In this document: positions 63,129-64,000 of the stretch, piece after piece
Numbering within the stretch: the first letter of the stretch is position 1
Layout of the letters: each line of letters opens with the position of its first letter
Assembly (NCBI GenBank): GCA_038087875.1
Contig: JAXLNO010000709.1
Coordinates: forward strand, 186,001-250,000
Direction: 5' to 3'
DNA from: Malacoraja senta
Lineage: Eukaryota
DNA length: 64,000 nucleotides
Translations under genes and position numbers: made by a program
Notes under the pieces: generated by a model
Databases searched by the model: none
Told to the model about the DNA's origin: nothing
Seen by the model: the letters and a program-made list of their open reading frames with translations, nothing else

Positions 63129-63499
63129 ATTATCTTTCCACTGACTAGTTAGCACGCAACAAACGCTTTTCACTGTACCTCGGTACACATGACAATAAAC
63201 TGAACTAACTAACTGACTAATCAACAGTTTATTGTGAATCTTAGTACGGAATTCTTCTTCAAACAGTAGTGGAAGCAGAGTCTTGGAATATTTTTAAGGC
63301 AGATATTTAATAAGTACAGTGATGAAATGTTACTGTCGGTAAGTAGGAATGCAGACATGACGTTGAGCCATGATCCTATTAAATAACGGAGCAGATTTAA
63401 GAGCCTTTGTGGCCTCTTCCTATGCTTCTCAATTCACATGGTATAATATTGCAAGGAGTGAATAAATGTAACATTCATAGGACACATTTCATTCAGCAA

Positions 63500-64000
63500 A
63501 TTTCTGAATATATCAGTCAGAATCATTTTCCCAGGATGGAAATATCAAATACTAGAGGGCATAGTTTTAAGGAGAGTGGGGCAAAGTTTAAAGGAAATGT
63601 GCAGGGCAAGTTTTATTTACATAGAGTTGAATGCCTGAAACACACTGCGTGGGTCATGGTTGAAGCAGATATGTTAGTGGCATTTCAAAGACATTTGGGT
63701 AGGCATATGGATATGCAGGGAATGAAGGGAAATGATTACGTGCAATTAGATAAGTGATGGTCTTGGCAACATGTCGAATGGCCAGATTGTGTGCTGTACT
63801 GTTCTATGTTCTATATTCTATATCAATCCAAGAGTCATAGATAGAGTGGTACAGTGTGGAAATAGGCTCTTCAGCCCACCTTGCCCACACTGGCCAACAT
63901 ATCCCAGCTACACTGGTTCCACCTGCCCACATTTGGACCATATCCCTCCAAACCTGTCCTATCCATGTACCTGTCTAACTGTTTCTTAAATGTTGGGATA
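63500..64000. mobile_element. Two tail-to-tail CR1 3' fragments (+ ~63500-63820; - ~63830-64000)
   Basis: SNTRGHSFK motif; the second fragment matches 25860-26030. Confidence 0.75.

Overview
Eukaryotic, repeat-dense, non-coding DNA (intronic or intergenic) from a cartilaginous fish, probably a skate or ray. This assignment is inferred from the HE1-type V-SINE, CR1/HER1, Rex1/Babar and Penelope repeat content. I found no intact host gene or convincing exon. The window is mostly nested, decayed transposable elements: CR1 LINEs, Rex1/Babar and L2 fragments, tRNA-derived HE1-like SINEs, two IR/DR Tc1 elements, PIF/Harbinger-type non-autonomous elements (TWA target duplications), Helitron-like ends, a Tigger/MER47-like MITE, and Penelope-like (GIY-YIG) fragments. 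There is a 200-N assembly gap. Highlights: (1) a ~3.3 kb Harbinger-like TIR element (30085-33364) contains a pseudogenised TLR7-like fragment fused to a SINE 3' half; (2) many minimal hammerhead-ribozyme motifs occur in Penelope-derived foldback repeats, one with a compensatory stem change; (3) three copies of a ~0.85 kb CpG-rich non-coding retroposon carry a Rex/Babar-like tail; (4) a nested double inverted repeat follows a Helitron-like 5' end and holds a duplicated local 163-bp segment; (5) an old foldback has near-identical outer 72 bp. Boundaries of degraded repeats are approximate, and family names come from pattern recognition, not database searches.
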